From a bacterium (GTDB taxonomy: Bacteria > Babelota > Babeliae > Babelales > RVW-14): a stretch of 42,058 nucleotides of DNA. Positions 1 through 8,792 of the stretch are shown piece by piece (position 1 is the stretch's first letter; every line of letters starts with the position of its first letter). The stretch is taken from NCBI GenBank assembly GCA_043822925.1, contig JBDRBF010000046.1:1-42058 (forward strand), given 5' to 3'. Position numbers and translations under genes: made by a program. A model generated the notes under the pieces. That model saw nothing but the letters and a program-made list of their open reading frames with translations. It was not told the origin of the DNA and ran no database searches.

Positions 1-82
1 CGAGTTATTAATATATGAGTTATTTTTTTTAATAAATACATATGCATTTTAAATCTTCTATTTTTTAATAATTAAACAAATA

Positions 83-727
83 TCATAAAACATGCAAGTC
101 AAGCAACTGCTCCCGCACATATGCATGATCAGAACAAATTATGCCATCTATGCCGTGTGTTTTAGCAGCTGCAATATTGTCCGGTAAATCGTCAATAAAC
201 AAGCATTCTTCTGGTTTCAAGTTATATAAATTTAAAAGCGCCTGATAAATAGCCGGCTCAGGCTTAATGCTCGAATACTGGTAAGAAAAAACAGCGCCAT
301 CAAAGTCTTGCATAAAATCGTATCCAGAAATCTTATTATGCGACTGCTGAGACAAGTTCGACAAGATATACGTCTTGTAGCCTTTTTGTTTAATAGCTTT
401 GAAAATAGACACGCCTTGGTCGATTGGCGTAAGACGGTCAAGAACTGCGCCCAAAAAAACATCTACTTTTTGTTTGTCATACTCTTGAGCAAGTATTTGA
501 GCCGCACCATCAGGAGAGATTACCCCCCGGTCAACATCAGCCCAAACTTTAAACATAGATTTGGTTAAGCCGAACGGGACCGGATCTTCGTGTCCAAAAA
601 AATCTGTAACAACTTTATCTGGATTAACATGAAAAAGTACGCGTCCCAAGTCAAATATAATATTGCGATATTTTGAATGTATTTTTAAATCTGTTATTGG
701 AGGATTTATTTGAATGATTTTTTGCAT
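83..727 (-). CDS. HAD-superfamily (HAD-IA, YihX-like) phosphatase
   Basis: Motif I IIFDLGRVL, motif II ILSN, KPEPAIY and motif IV FIDD. Confidence 0.9.
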   Translation of the reverse strand: MQKIIQINPPITDLKIHSKYRNIIFDLGRVLFHVNPDKVVTDFFGHEDPVPFGLTKSMFKVWADVDRGVISPDGAAQILAQEYDKQKVDVFLGAVLDRLTPIDQGVSIFKAIKQKGYKTYILSNLSQQSHNKISGYDFMQDFDGAVFSYQYSSIKPEPAIYQALLNLYNLKPEECLFIDDLPDNIAAAKTHGIDGIICSDHAYVREQLLDLHVL

Positions 728-753
728 GTTTTTCTCTTATTTTATTACGCAAC

Positions 754-1212
754 TTATATTAAAGTCTGTTTTCCCCAACCATCTTCGCCATAAAAAATAT
801 TATTATCGATGTCTTTAAGTATAATTTTATGTCGAGGCAATGTTTTTTCTGGTATTTGGGCAACGGGAAACCAGATAACATCTTCATGCTTATCTGGTTC
901 TTGATTACAAAACTCGCCTTCCCATGCGTTTACGTTAACCGTAAACGCTGCATGTTCAAGCCCGTCATAACCCTTAAAATATAAAACATGAACCATCGAT
1001 ATATCTTCTGTCTTTATTTTTACGTTTAAAATTTCTTTACCTAACCGAACAGCTGCTTGCAAAACAGTTTCACCAGAATCAAGATGACCACTTGGAACAG
1101 CAAAGAAGCCATTTCCCCATCCTGTATTTATTCGTTTGTGTAACAAAATATGCTCATCTTTTTTCATAACAAGCAAAACAAATGCCGAAAATTTAAATAT
1201 TGGCTTTATCAT
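754..1212 (-). CDS. NUDIX-fold protein with a degenerate Nudix box
   Basis: ILLHKRINTGW..G.FAVPSGHLDSGETVLQAAVR and NQEPDKH..V.WF are typical of this NUDIX subfamily. Start moved to ATG 1212, which has a GGAG SD upstream. Confidence 0.8.
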   Translation of the reverse strand: MIKPIFKFSAFVLLVMKKDEHILLHKRINTGWGNGFFAVPSGHLDSGETVLQAAVRLGKEILNVKIKTEDISMVHVLYFKGYDGLEHAAFTVNVNAWEGEFCNQEPDKHEDVIWFPVAQIPEKTLPRHKIILKDIDNNIFYGEDGWGKQTLI

Positions 1213-1499
1213 AAAACATCTATCTCCATCACCGTAAAACAATAACCAGATAAAAACACGTAAAAACACTTCTAGTCACCATAAATTAACCTAAAACATG
1301 TTATATCACAAATCCCAAAAAAGCTTCCAACCATTTACTTTTTTTATCAAACAAAACCCATAAAAAGCGATATAAAACTTGTTTTTTCTTGATATTTGAT
1401 AGTGCTATAATCCATAACAAGCAAAATATGATGCCGGCAAGATCAGAAAGTAACAATATTTAATGTCGACAACATCAAATATCAACAGAAAGTGATGAA

Positions 1500-1834
1500 A
1501 TGTTTAACAGAATTATCAATTTACCGCTGAACGGGAAAAGAAGCATTTTCTAATGACTATTTTGACTTGGGCTACAAAATATATTTCTGGAGAACTACAT
1601 CGGGAACCAAAGTCGACTTTGTGCTATACAGGCCACGAGGGCTATATGCATTTGAAACTAAACGTTCAACACAAGTAACAAACAAGTACCTGAGGGGTTT
1701 AAACACTTTTAAAGAAGATTACCCAGAAGCAAAATTGCTCTATATATAGTGGCAAAAACAAAGAATATCACGGGGATATTAACACTATCCCGTTTGAAGA
1801 ATGCTTGAAAAACCTACCCCAAATACTAAACTAG
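1500..1834 (+). pseudogene. Remnant of an AAA+ ATPase / DUF4143 family gene (internal deletion plus frameshift)
   Basis: ATG 1500 gives MFNRIINLPLNGKRSIF then stop. From 1552 another frame reads NDYFDLGYKIYFWRTTSGTKVDFVLY..GLYAFETKRS (DUF4143 PD-(D/E)xK-like C-terminus). After a frameshift near 1742 it continues IYSGKNKEYHGDINTIPFEECLKNLPQILN to TAG 1834. Confidence 0.8.
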
Positions 1835-1896
1835 GTATACAAACACTAAAAAACTCAACAGAACACACAAAAAAAACTATTATCGGGGAACAAAAA

Positions 1897-2184
1897 ATGC
1901 TTATAACGATCGTCGGAACAATTGCATCTTTTGCTTCTCTATCAACATTGCCACCACAAATTTATCAAATGTATAAAACAAAATCGGCAAAACAAGTTTC
2001 TCTATTTATGCTTATTAATTTTTTGATAGCTGCAATATGCTGGCTTATTTACGGAATCTTAATACATGCAGTTTCTATAATTATAACCAACAGCATTTTA
2101 CTTGTATTCTCAGTTATTTTGATTATTTTAAAATTTAAATACGACAAAAAAATATGTTTAAATCCTAAAACAAGTTCATGGTAA
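1897..2184 (+). CDS. SemiSWEET / PQ-loop sugar transporter
   Basis: 95 aa with 3 TM helices, LPPQIYQMYKTKSAKQVS, WLIYG and TN motifs. ATG 1897 follows GGGGAA. Confidence 0.88.
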   Translation: MLITIVGTIASFASLSTLPPQIYQMYKTKSAKQVSLFMLINFLIAAICWLIYGILIHAVSIIITNSILLVFSVILIILKFKYDKKICLNPKTSSW

Positions 2185-2194
2185 CAAAATAAGA

Positions 2195-3028
2195 CTACAA
2201 TATCCCACGCTCTTTAAACTCATTAAGAACAGTTTTATAGTCTGTATAAACAATCCCATCTATGCCAAGTTTTTGAGCCGCTTTTACATTTTGTTCAGCG
2301 TCATCAATAAAAAAGCACGCTTCTGGTTTTAAGTTATACATAGCTAATAGTTTTTGAAAAATTTCAGGTTCAGGCTTTATCGCTTTAACATCACTCGAAA
2401 AAACTAAGCCATCAAAATGCTTAAAAATATCAGTAAAATCTTTTCTCTGCCTAAAATTCTCAAGATCATCTATGCTCAAATTAGACAACAAATAAAGTTT
2501 ATATCTTTTTTGAGCAGAAATACGCTCTAATAATCTCAGCCCACCCGGCTTGACCATACTTAATCGGCCTGCATATTCAAAATACTCAATAATATCTTGC
2601 TTACAAATACTATCCAACTCTTTTTTACCAAGCGCTTTCTGCCCCCACTCTATAGCCATTTGAGCATACTCTGGCACTGTTTTTACACCTCTCAAGACAT
2701 CATCAAACATATCATAACACTCAGGTCCACGCATAAGTAATATCTCAGTTTTATAATTCCAAGCCGTTCTTATAAACTTACCCTGGCGAGCCATTGCTGG
2801 TAATTTCTTAAGAAAACGTATAAACATGTAATAATCACCCTGCACATTCCAGTCCATCAAAACTCCACCCAAATCAAAAATAATCGTCGTGTATTCTTTT
2901 TGCGCGCTCTCTTTTATATCTTGATGGCCTATTTTTTCAAGCGAGCAAGAACTCAAGAAACAAACAAGTGTTACCAAAATAAAAAGAACCATCACCCCTT
3001 TAAGTTTCTTTTTCAATACAGATGCCAT
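2195..3028 (-). CDS. HAD-superfamily phosphatase with an N-terminal lipoprotein-like signal
   Basis: IIFDLGGVL, LLSN, KPEPEIF, FIDD. N-terminus KKKLK, hydrophobic stretch, then LSSC lipobox. Confidence 0.88.
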   Translation of the reverse strand: MASVLKKKLKGVMVLFILVTLVCFLSSCSLEKIGHQDIKESAQKEYTTIIFDLGGVLMDWNVQGDYYMFIRFLKKLPAMARQGKFIRTAWNYKTEILLMRGPECYDMFDDVLRGVKTVPEYAQMAIEWGQKALGKKELDSICKQDIIEYFEYAGRLSMVKPGGLRLLERISAQKRYKLYLLSNLSIDDLENFRQRKDFTDIFKHFDGLVFSSDVKAIKPEPEIFQKLLAMYNLKPEACFFIDDAEQNVKAAQKLGIDGIVYTDYKTVLNEFKERGIL

Positions 3029-3232
3029 TACTTTAACCCCTCAATAGCTATTATTTTTAAAATCGCAAATCTTACGATCATGCAATAAACCATAAAAGCA
3101 CGTACAATAAATACAAAAATCACAAAAACAAATATATTTTTAAATCCCAACAAGTTATTATATATTTCACTTAAAAAGTCAATTTATAAACCACGCCTAA
3201 ATCACAAACTTATTAAAGCTCAGGAGAAAACT

Positions 3233-4312
3233 ATGAGAAACAAAAAAACACGTTCTATACCAGTCATAACTGGTTGGTTTTTAATATGCGCCGCCGGAGT
3301 ATATTTTATATTTAAAAAACCCGTAAATACCTGGCTCTCAAAAAAAAACTCACAAAATAACAAAACAGTAACAATCACTGAAACTTTTTTTACCGAAAAA
3401 AATAGCAATAATAATATAGACTCTTTAGCAGTATGGCATAGTCCAACAGGCCAACACTGGGTAGTAACTACTGCAAAAAAAACTCATAAACTTTTTGTTT
3501 ATGATGCTGCAACGGGAAACAAAATAAAAGATTTTGGCACATTTGGAAAAAGCCTCATGCAATTTGCCCGCCCCAATGGCATAGCAATAATCGACAATCT
3601 CGTTTTCGTCGTAGAACGAGACAACCATCGCATACAAGCATTCACATTGCCTGAGTTTACCTGTGTCGGCTGCGCCGGCGAAGAAAATTTGATAAGACCC
3701 TACGGCATATCCATATATAAAACAAAACCAGATACGTACATTGCATATATAACTGACAACTATAAAACAGAAGCGCCAGATCACCTAAATCAACGAATAC
3801 ATAAATATGAAATCACCTATAACAACAGGCTTATAAAGAGCAAACTAATAACTGCTTTTGGATCAGAAAAAGAAAAGGATCCATTTTATAAAGTTGAATC
3901 TATAGTTGCTGATCCAGAAAACAATCGCCTTTTTATTGCTGAAGAAAAAAAAGGCAACCAAGCTATAAAAATTTACAACCTACAAGGAGAATTCACCGGA
4001 CAATTTTTAGGCAAAGATTTATTTTTATATGAACCCGAGGGAATTGCATTATACACAACCGGCCAATCAACAGGTTATATAGTTGCAACAGACCAAAGTA
4101 TCCAAGATAATACATTTCATGTTTTTGATCGCCAGACGTTACAATACTGTGGAGCATTTAAAGGCTCCCAAACAAGCAACACCGATGGCATAGCATTAAC
4201 TCCCATAACTTTTGGTTCTTTTGCTAAAGGTGCTTTTTACGCCATAAACAACGATAGTAATATTGCAGCAATTGCCTGGAGCGAAATCGAGCACACTCTT
4301 AATTTAAAATAA
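3233..4312 (+). CDS. Beta-propeller phytase (3-phytase)-like protein, N-terminally anchored or exported
   Basis: DSLAVW, TAK..H.L.VYD, RPNGI, VESIVAD, EPEGIALY, GYIVATDQ..NTFHVFDR and NTDGIAL motifs. N-terminal TM, SD AGGAG. Confidence 0.8.
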   Translation: MRNKKTRSIPVITGWFLICAAGVYFIFKKPVNTWLSKKNSQNNKTVTITETFFTEKNSNNNIDSLAVWHSPTGQHWVVTTAKKTHKLFVYDAATGNKIKDFGTFGKSLMQFARPNGIAIIDNLVFVVERDNHRIQAFTLPEFTCVGCAGEENLIRPYGISIYKTKPDTYIAYITDNYKTEAPDHLNQRIHKYEITYNNRLIKSKLITAFGSEKEKDPFYKVESIVADPENNRLFIAEEKKGNQAIKIYNLQGEFTGQFLGKDLFLYEPEGIALYTTGQSTGYIVATDQSIQDNTFHVFDRQTLQYCGAFKGSQTSNTDGIALTPITFGSFAKGAFYAINNDSNIAAIAWSEIEHTLNLK

Positions 4313-4467
4313 ATTTGTACGCATTTTTTTACGCAAAAATTTATATTATTTTTTTATAACCAATTCTTAGATTCTGTTCTTGAATTTTCTTTTTTTTGAG
4401 CTATCATTTTGCATACGAAAAAAGAGACATTAAAAACATAAATTTCCTACAACGCAAAGGCAACATT

Positions 4468-5151
4468 ATGCAAACCAGACAAACAATAAAAACAACATAT
4501 ACAACTTCAAAGCTCATCGCTCTGTTAGCACTTCTCCTATTCTCAGTAAATAATCTCACAGCAAACAACCTCACTACTGATAATCTCGCTACTGAAAATA
4601 CAGTTAAAATAAACAATAAAAATACCAAAACAGAATCATACTCATTTACAGAAAACGTCTGGCCTGCAATTAAAAATTTAACAAAAAGTGCTTCTATCTG
4701 GTCAATTGAAAGCACAAAAAGCTTACTACAAATGGCTTCAGACTGGTTGCAAGACTATCCAAATAAAAACGAAGATTCAAAAAACTTTTTTGATACAGGC
4801 GCTGAAATAATCAAAAATTTTCAAAACAAAAAATCCCTCAACAAACATATCCCACTTAGTTTACTTGTTGACTATCTTGCGTGGAAACAATTTTTGGCAT
4901 ACTTTGATGCCTCAACAATTGACTCAATAAAAAACCAAGATCTCGATGCTACACTCAAAAAATTTATCACAAACAATTACAAATTCCGTTCGACAGAAAT
5001 CATACGATGGTACAAAAAAGAACACGGAAAATTAAATTTACCAACAGAACAAAGATATATAACAGCTTTCATCAATAAAGCAGAAAAAGCTGTAACCGAA
5101 AAATTCTATCTAATACTTGATGAAGTTATTAATCTCGAAATACAATCGTGA
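4468..5151 (+). CDS. Hypothetical exported protein
   Basis: ATG 4468 after AAAGG, hydrophobic signal [12 protein letters not shown], short NNLT repeats. GTGA overlap with the next gene. Confidence 0.65.
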   Translation: MQTRQTIKTTYTTSKLIALLALLLFSVNNLTANNLTTDNLATENTVKINNKNTKTESYSFTENVWPAIKNLTKSASIWSIESTKSLLQMASDWLQDYPNKNEDSKNFFDTGAEIIKNFQNKKSLNKHIPLSLLVDYLAWKQFLAYFDASTIDSIKNQDLDATLKKFITNNYKFRSTEIIRWYKKEHGKLNLPTEQRYITAFINKAEKAVTEKFYLILDEVINLEIQS

Positions 5152-5810
5152 TTAATAACTTAAAAAATTGGCTCTTAATTTTACCTCTTTTTATCTTTTC
5201 TCAAATTATGAGCGCTCCGCTCCCATGGTCAAAAATAATAATCACCAGCAATACAGCACAATGCAAACCGCAAAAAGGCTCTAAGAGCCTTTTTGCATTT
5301 ACATACAAAGACAACGTGCACGTCGCCTTTGTGGATGACAGTAAAATAACCTCAGATATACTTGAAATAATCTTTGATTCAAAAAAGCCTACAGTGCCAG
5401 CCATGACACACCCAACTATCATACGCCCAATAATCACACCAAACGCTTTTACCCCAAAAACCAAAACTCTCGATAGTAACAATAAAAATACTGAAATGGC
5501 CCGCTTTAAAAGTATAATCTTTAAAAATAACGTACAATTCAATCACATAAATCACCACGCACGCGCAGATCAAGCTCAATTATTCCCAGAACAGCAACTC
5601 TGTAAGCTTTCCGGTAACGTTATAATCACACAAATTAAAAACAAAGAAAAAGACGTGCCCGTTATTATCAAAACCAACGTCGCCACCATAAATTTAGTCA
5701 CTCAAGAAGTTCAACTCGAAGGCGACTGCAAAAAACCAGTCACAACAATTATCGAACTTAATGGTCCCTCTGGGCTAGAAAAAAAGACAAAAAAAACAAA
5801 ACGTTCTTAA
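5148..5810 (+). CDS. Exported protein with an LptA/OstA-like beta-jellyroll
   Basis: Signal peptide. IIFKNNVQF..ARADQAQLF....CKLSGNVIITQ resembles LptA/LptC beta-strand repeats. Confidence 0.55.
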   Translation: MINNLKNWLLILPLFIFSQIMSAPLPWSKIIITSNTAQCKPQKGSKSLFAFTYKDNVHVAFVDDSKITSDILEIIFDSKKPTVPAMTHPTIIRPIITPNAFTPKTKTLDSNNKNTEMARFKSIIFKNNVQFNHINHHARADQAQLFPEQQLCKLSGNVIITQIKNKEKDVPVIIKTNVATINLVTQEVQLEGDCKKPVTTIIELNGPSGLEKKTKKTKRS

Positions 5811-5877
5811 AATAGCCCACAAATCTAATCTCCCCCTGTATTTCACAGAACCCTCACAGCCAAATCGTAAACAAGCT

Positions 5878-5912
5878 AAAAAGCGCTCATGCTGAGCTTG
5901 TCGAAGCATCTT
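5878..5912 (+). repeat. Palindromic REP-like repeat, core TCATGCTGAGCTTGTCGAAGCATC
   Basis: Imperfect palindrome (ATGCT...AGCAT). A second copy with matching flanks lies at 19461-19530 on the minus strand. Confidence 0.75.
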
Positions 5913-5913
5913 A

Positions 5914-5943
5914 TTGACAATTAGAAACCAACATCGTTATTAT
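5914..5943 (+). promoter_or_regulatory. Putative sigma70 promoter for the SDR gene
   Basis: TTGACA, 18 nt spacer, TATTAT, about 100 nt upstream of ATG 6043. Confidence 0.45.
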
Positions 5944-6042
5944 TATTGTATAAACAGCATAACTATATTTACACAAGAATAACCATCTGCTTATTTTTGC
6001 ACGCATATTCTCTGGAGAGAGAATTTTAAGGGGGGACCAGTC

Positions 6043-7041
6043 ATGAAGATATTTCGCACACATATATATATTCACGTACGTATTATCTCACTCACAAGTA
6101 TATTATTTATGGGAACTCAAACACACAGCTACGCAGTCCCCTCACGAGCGCCAGGCCAAGATTTCTCAGAATCACGCTCACAAAAAAACATCCCAATGCG
6201 CAGTCTAAGCTTCATAGAAACAAGCACACATAAATGCGCACCTGCTAATATTAATTCAAAACTTACAGACATAAAAAAACTCACCCATAACGCTAACATT
6301 AAACGCGCCATAGTAATAGGCGCATCGTCAGGCATGGGCCGCCAAGTAGCAAAATTACTCGCAACAGAAGGTGGATACGAAGTTGGCCTAGTAGCACGCC
6401 GCACCGAATTACTAGAAACACTTCAAAAAGAAATCCCGACAAAAACATATATCAAACAAATAGACGTCACCGAACAAGAAGAAGCCAGAACGCGCCTGCT
6501 TGAACTTATTTCAGAAATGGGGGGGCTTGATTTGATATTAATCAGCATTTCAGCTTTTGGAGATCTGATCGACATGCTCAGTAAAGAAGAACGCGATGCA
6601 CGCACCATGTCTGTCGACTTACTTGGTTTCTGGGCTATGGCTGATATCGCCGTCGATTTTTTTGAAAAACAAAAATCTGGGCATTTAGTAGGCATATCTT
6701 CTATATCAGGGGTTCGTGGCGATGCTCATTGCCCAGTTTATAGTGGTGCAAAAGCTTTTATTTCACGATATCTCGAAGGCATCAGAAATTACATGATCCA
6801 AAGCAATATACCAGTATATGTCACCGATATTATGCCTGGCTGGGTAGATAACGAACGCATCAAATTTAGCGAACTGCCTAATACGTATTGGGTTACGCCG
6901 CTTGATAAAGCCGGACACCAAATATATGAAGCCATACAAAATAAAGACAAAATAGCCTATATTTCTAAGCGCCAAATACTCGTCAAATGGGCGCTGGAAA
7001 CAGCTCCTGATTGGCTCTACAACGGCGTTGGCGGCTTTTAA
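6043..7041 (+). CDS. Short-chain dehydrogenase/reductase (SDR) with an N-terminal extension
   Basis: IVIGASSGMG Rossmann motif, ISSISG, YSGAK catalytic YxxxK, PGWVD. Confidence 0.9.
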   Translation: MKIFRTHIYIHVRIISLTSILFMGTQTHSYAVPSRAPGQDFSESRSQKNIPMRSLSFIETSTHKCAPANINSKLTDIKKLTHNANIKRAIVIGASSGMGRQVAKLLATEGGYEVGLVARRTELLETLQKEIPTKTYIKQIDVTEQEEARTRLLELISEMGGLDLILISISAFGDLIDMLSKEERDARTMSVDLLGFWAMADIAVDFFEKQKSGHLVGISSISGVRGDAHCPVYSGAKAFISRYLEGIRNYMIQSNIPVYVTDIMPGWVDNERIKFSELPNTYWVTPLDKAGHQIYEAIQNKDKIAYISKRQILVKWALETAPDWLYNGVGGF

Positions 7042-7050
7042 AAACTCTTT

Positions 7051-7728
7051 TTATTTTCTCAGCTCTTCTGATGCTTTAGAGATATTTAACTCATAAAGAC
7101 CATCGCTATTTTTAACAAAACCACGTTTTTTATAAAACGACTTCGCTGAAGAGAGCGAATCGAGTTCAATCCTCTGAACTCCTGTATGCTTTTCTGAAAT
7201 TGATTTTAGAAGTCGAGATGCTAAACCATTTTCTCTGTACTGATCCGTTGTTCCAAGTAACTCAACGTGCGCAACACTTCCATTTGATTCGAAGCTACCG
7301 AAAACAATCGCCGCTAAAACCCCATCTTCACTTTTAAACGCATGATAAAAGTCGCGACCATCTCTATTCTCAAAAGACTTTATCATAGAGGCAAACGCAT
7401 CCAACCACTCTTCTTGGTCATACTGCTCTGAAAGAGCCTCATTATACAGATCTATTGCTTCTGTTTTAAACGACTCTAAATCGTTATAAAGCATGAAAAA
7501 CTTTTTGCCTTTTTTACCAACAAAAACTTCTTCTTTTTGCTCATTTTTAAGTTTAGACGGGTTCTCAACCTCTACTTTGCGCCGCTTAACCTCATGACCA
7601 GATTTCTCTTCTATGCCTTCTGGCTCAATTCTGCCCCTCTTCATGGCCGACAGATCATGTGCCCCAAAGAAACCAATCGTAAAAGCCATAAGAAACACAA
7701 ACAAAATATTTTTCTTAAAATAACTCAT
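7051..7728 (-). CDS. GNAT acetyltransferase with a signal peptide and NLS-like motif
   Basis: Acetyl-CoA motif A LLGTTDQYRENGLASRLL and A..FYKKRGF. Signal peptide ends HDLSA, followed by KRGR..KRRK. Confidence 0.85.
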   Translation of the reverse strand: MSYFKKNILFVFLMAFTIGFFGAHDLSAMKRGRIEPEGIEEKSGHEVKRRKVEVENPSKLKNEQKEEVFVGKKGKKFFMLYNDLESFKTEAIDLYNEALSEQYDQEEWLDAFASMIKSFENRDGRDFYHAFKSEDGVLAAIVFGSFESNGSVAHVELLGTTDQYRENGLASRLLKSISEKHTGVQRIELDSLSSAKSFYKKRGFVKNSDGLYELNISKASEELRK

Positions 7729-7756
7729 GATATAACCCCCTACAAAAACACATTAA

Positions 7757-8446
7757 TTACTTATTATTTTTTTTATATTTTTCTTCAAATTGTCTTCGCA
7801 CTTCTTCTGCTTTATTTCTCGTCAAAACTAGGCGGCCACAATCACCCTCAACAAAGCCATGATCCAAATAAAAATCAAATGCTGACGCAGACGAATCTAG
7901 CGAAATCTTAACAACAAAAGAATACCTATCAAAAATGGACAATATTAATTGCCACGCAAATCCTTGCTTTTTAAAACCAGGAATCGTCCCTAAATATCTA
8001 ACGCCTGCCTCTGTCATATCTTGATTAAAGCAACCATACGCAAACGAAACAACACGCTCGTCTTTATCTTTTATTGCATGGCAAAAACGCTTCAACTGAC
8101 CTTTCTTAAGTATTCGAATCATCTTATTATTACAAAGCAGCCAAAAGTCTTTAGTGTACGGCTTATCATCCGCAAAAGCTGCATTATGAGCAACCCGAAC
8201 ATTCTCGCTAAAAAGCTTCGAATCATTATAAGAGAAAAAAAGCATCTCACCATTTTTAGCTATGATCGTTTGTTGAAGTTCTCGCTCAATCTTTCGCCTC
8301 TTATTCTCTAGCTCTTCTCTGTTTTCAGTAAGATCACCTTCTCGTTGTCTCTTTTGCGCCAATAAATCGTGCGCACCAAAGAACCCTTGGAACAAAAACA
8401 CAAAAGCTAAGAGTGATAAATTCTTCTTTAACACGATTCCCCCCAT
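7757..8446 (-). CDS. GNAT acetyltransferase paralog with a signal peptide and NLS-like motif
   Basis: YLGTIPGFKKQGFAWQLI and AFDFYLDHGF. Signal peptide ends HDLLA, followed by KRQR..KRRK. The start could alternatively be GTG 8434. Confidence 0.85.
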   Translation of the reverse strand: MGGIVLKKNLSLLAFVFLFQGFFGAHDLLAQKRQREGDLTENREELENKRRKIERELQQTIIAKNGEMLFFSYNDSKLFSENVRVAHNAAFADDKPYTKDFWLLCNNKMIRILKKGQLKRFCHAIKDKDERVVSFAYGCFNQDMTEAGVRYLGTIPGFKKQGFAWQLILSIFDRYSFVVKISLDSSASAFDFYLDHGFVEGDCGRLVLTRNKAEEVRRQFEEKYKKNNK

Positions 8447-8538
8447 TTAAATCTATAATAATTCTTAAATAACTATAGATACTCGAGACCAAAAAACCTG
8501 ATACCTATTAAATTTCTTCTATATTCCGAATATTTTAT

Positions 8539-8566
8539 ACTATACAAGCAATGCATAATATGTCAA
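8539..8566 (-). promoter_or_regulatory. Putative sigma70 promoter for the GNAT pair
   Basis: Minus strand TTGACA, 16 nt spacer, TATAGT. Confidence 0.5.
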
Positions 8567-8792
8567 ATAGACACGCTATTTCAACTTAAAACTCCACTTT
8601 TTTAGCTTTTTAAGCAAAAAAACCACTTTTTACCCCCCCCACAACAACTCCTCAATACTAAACACAAACGCAATCCCCGCTGCCAGCAAAAAAACTTACC
8701 TACCCTACTTGAACTTTCCCCACATCCTGATATCGTTACATCACTCTTTTTTGCACTCATATTTTTATACACAAAAATAAAGGCTTTTTTCT

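Noticed and set aside
1801-1896. Longer start for the SemiSWEET
   Set aside because: It overlaps the pseudogene tail. ATG 1897 has an SD-like sequence and gives the typical size.
4549-4600. Degenerate 15-bp repeats (NNLTA/NNLTT/DNLAT) as a possible array
   Set aside because: Only three degenerate in-frame units, i.e. a low-complexity linker, not a CRISPR or regulatory array.
6010-6042. CTCTGGAGAG resembles the start of a glycine riboswitch aptamer (also at 16750-16761)
   Set aside because: The downstream CCGAAG and CTCTCAGG elements are missing, and there is no room before the start codons.
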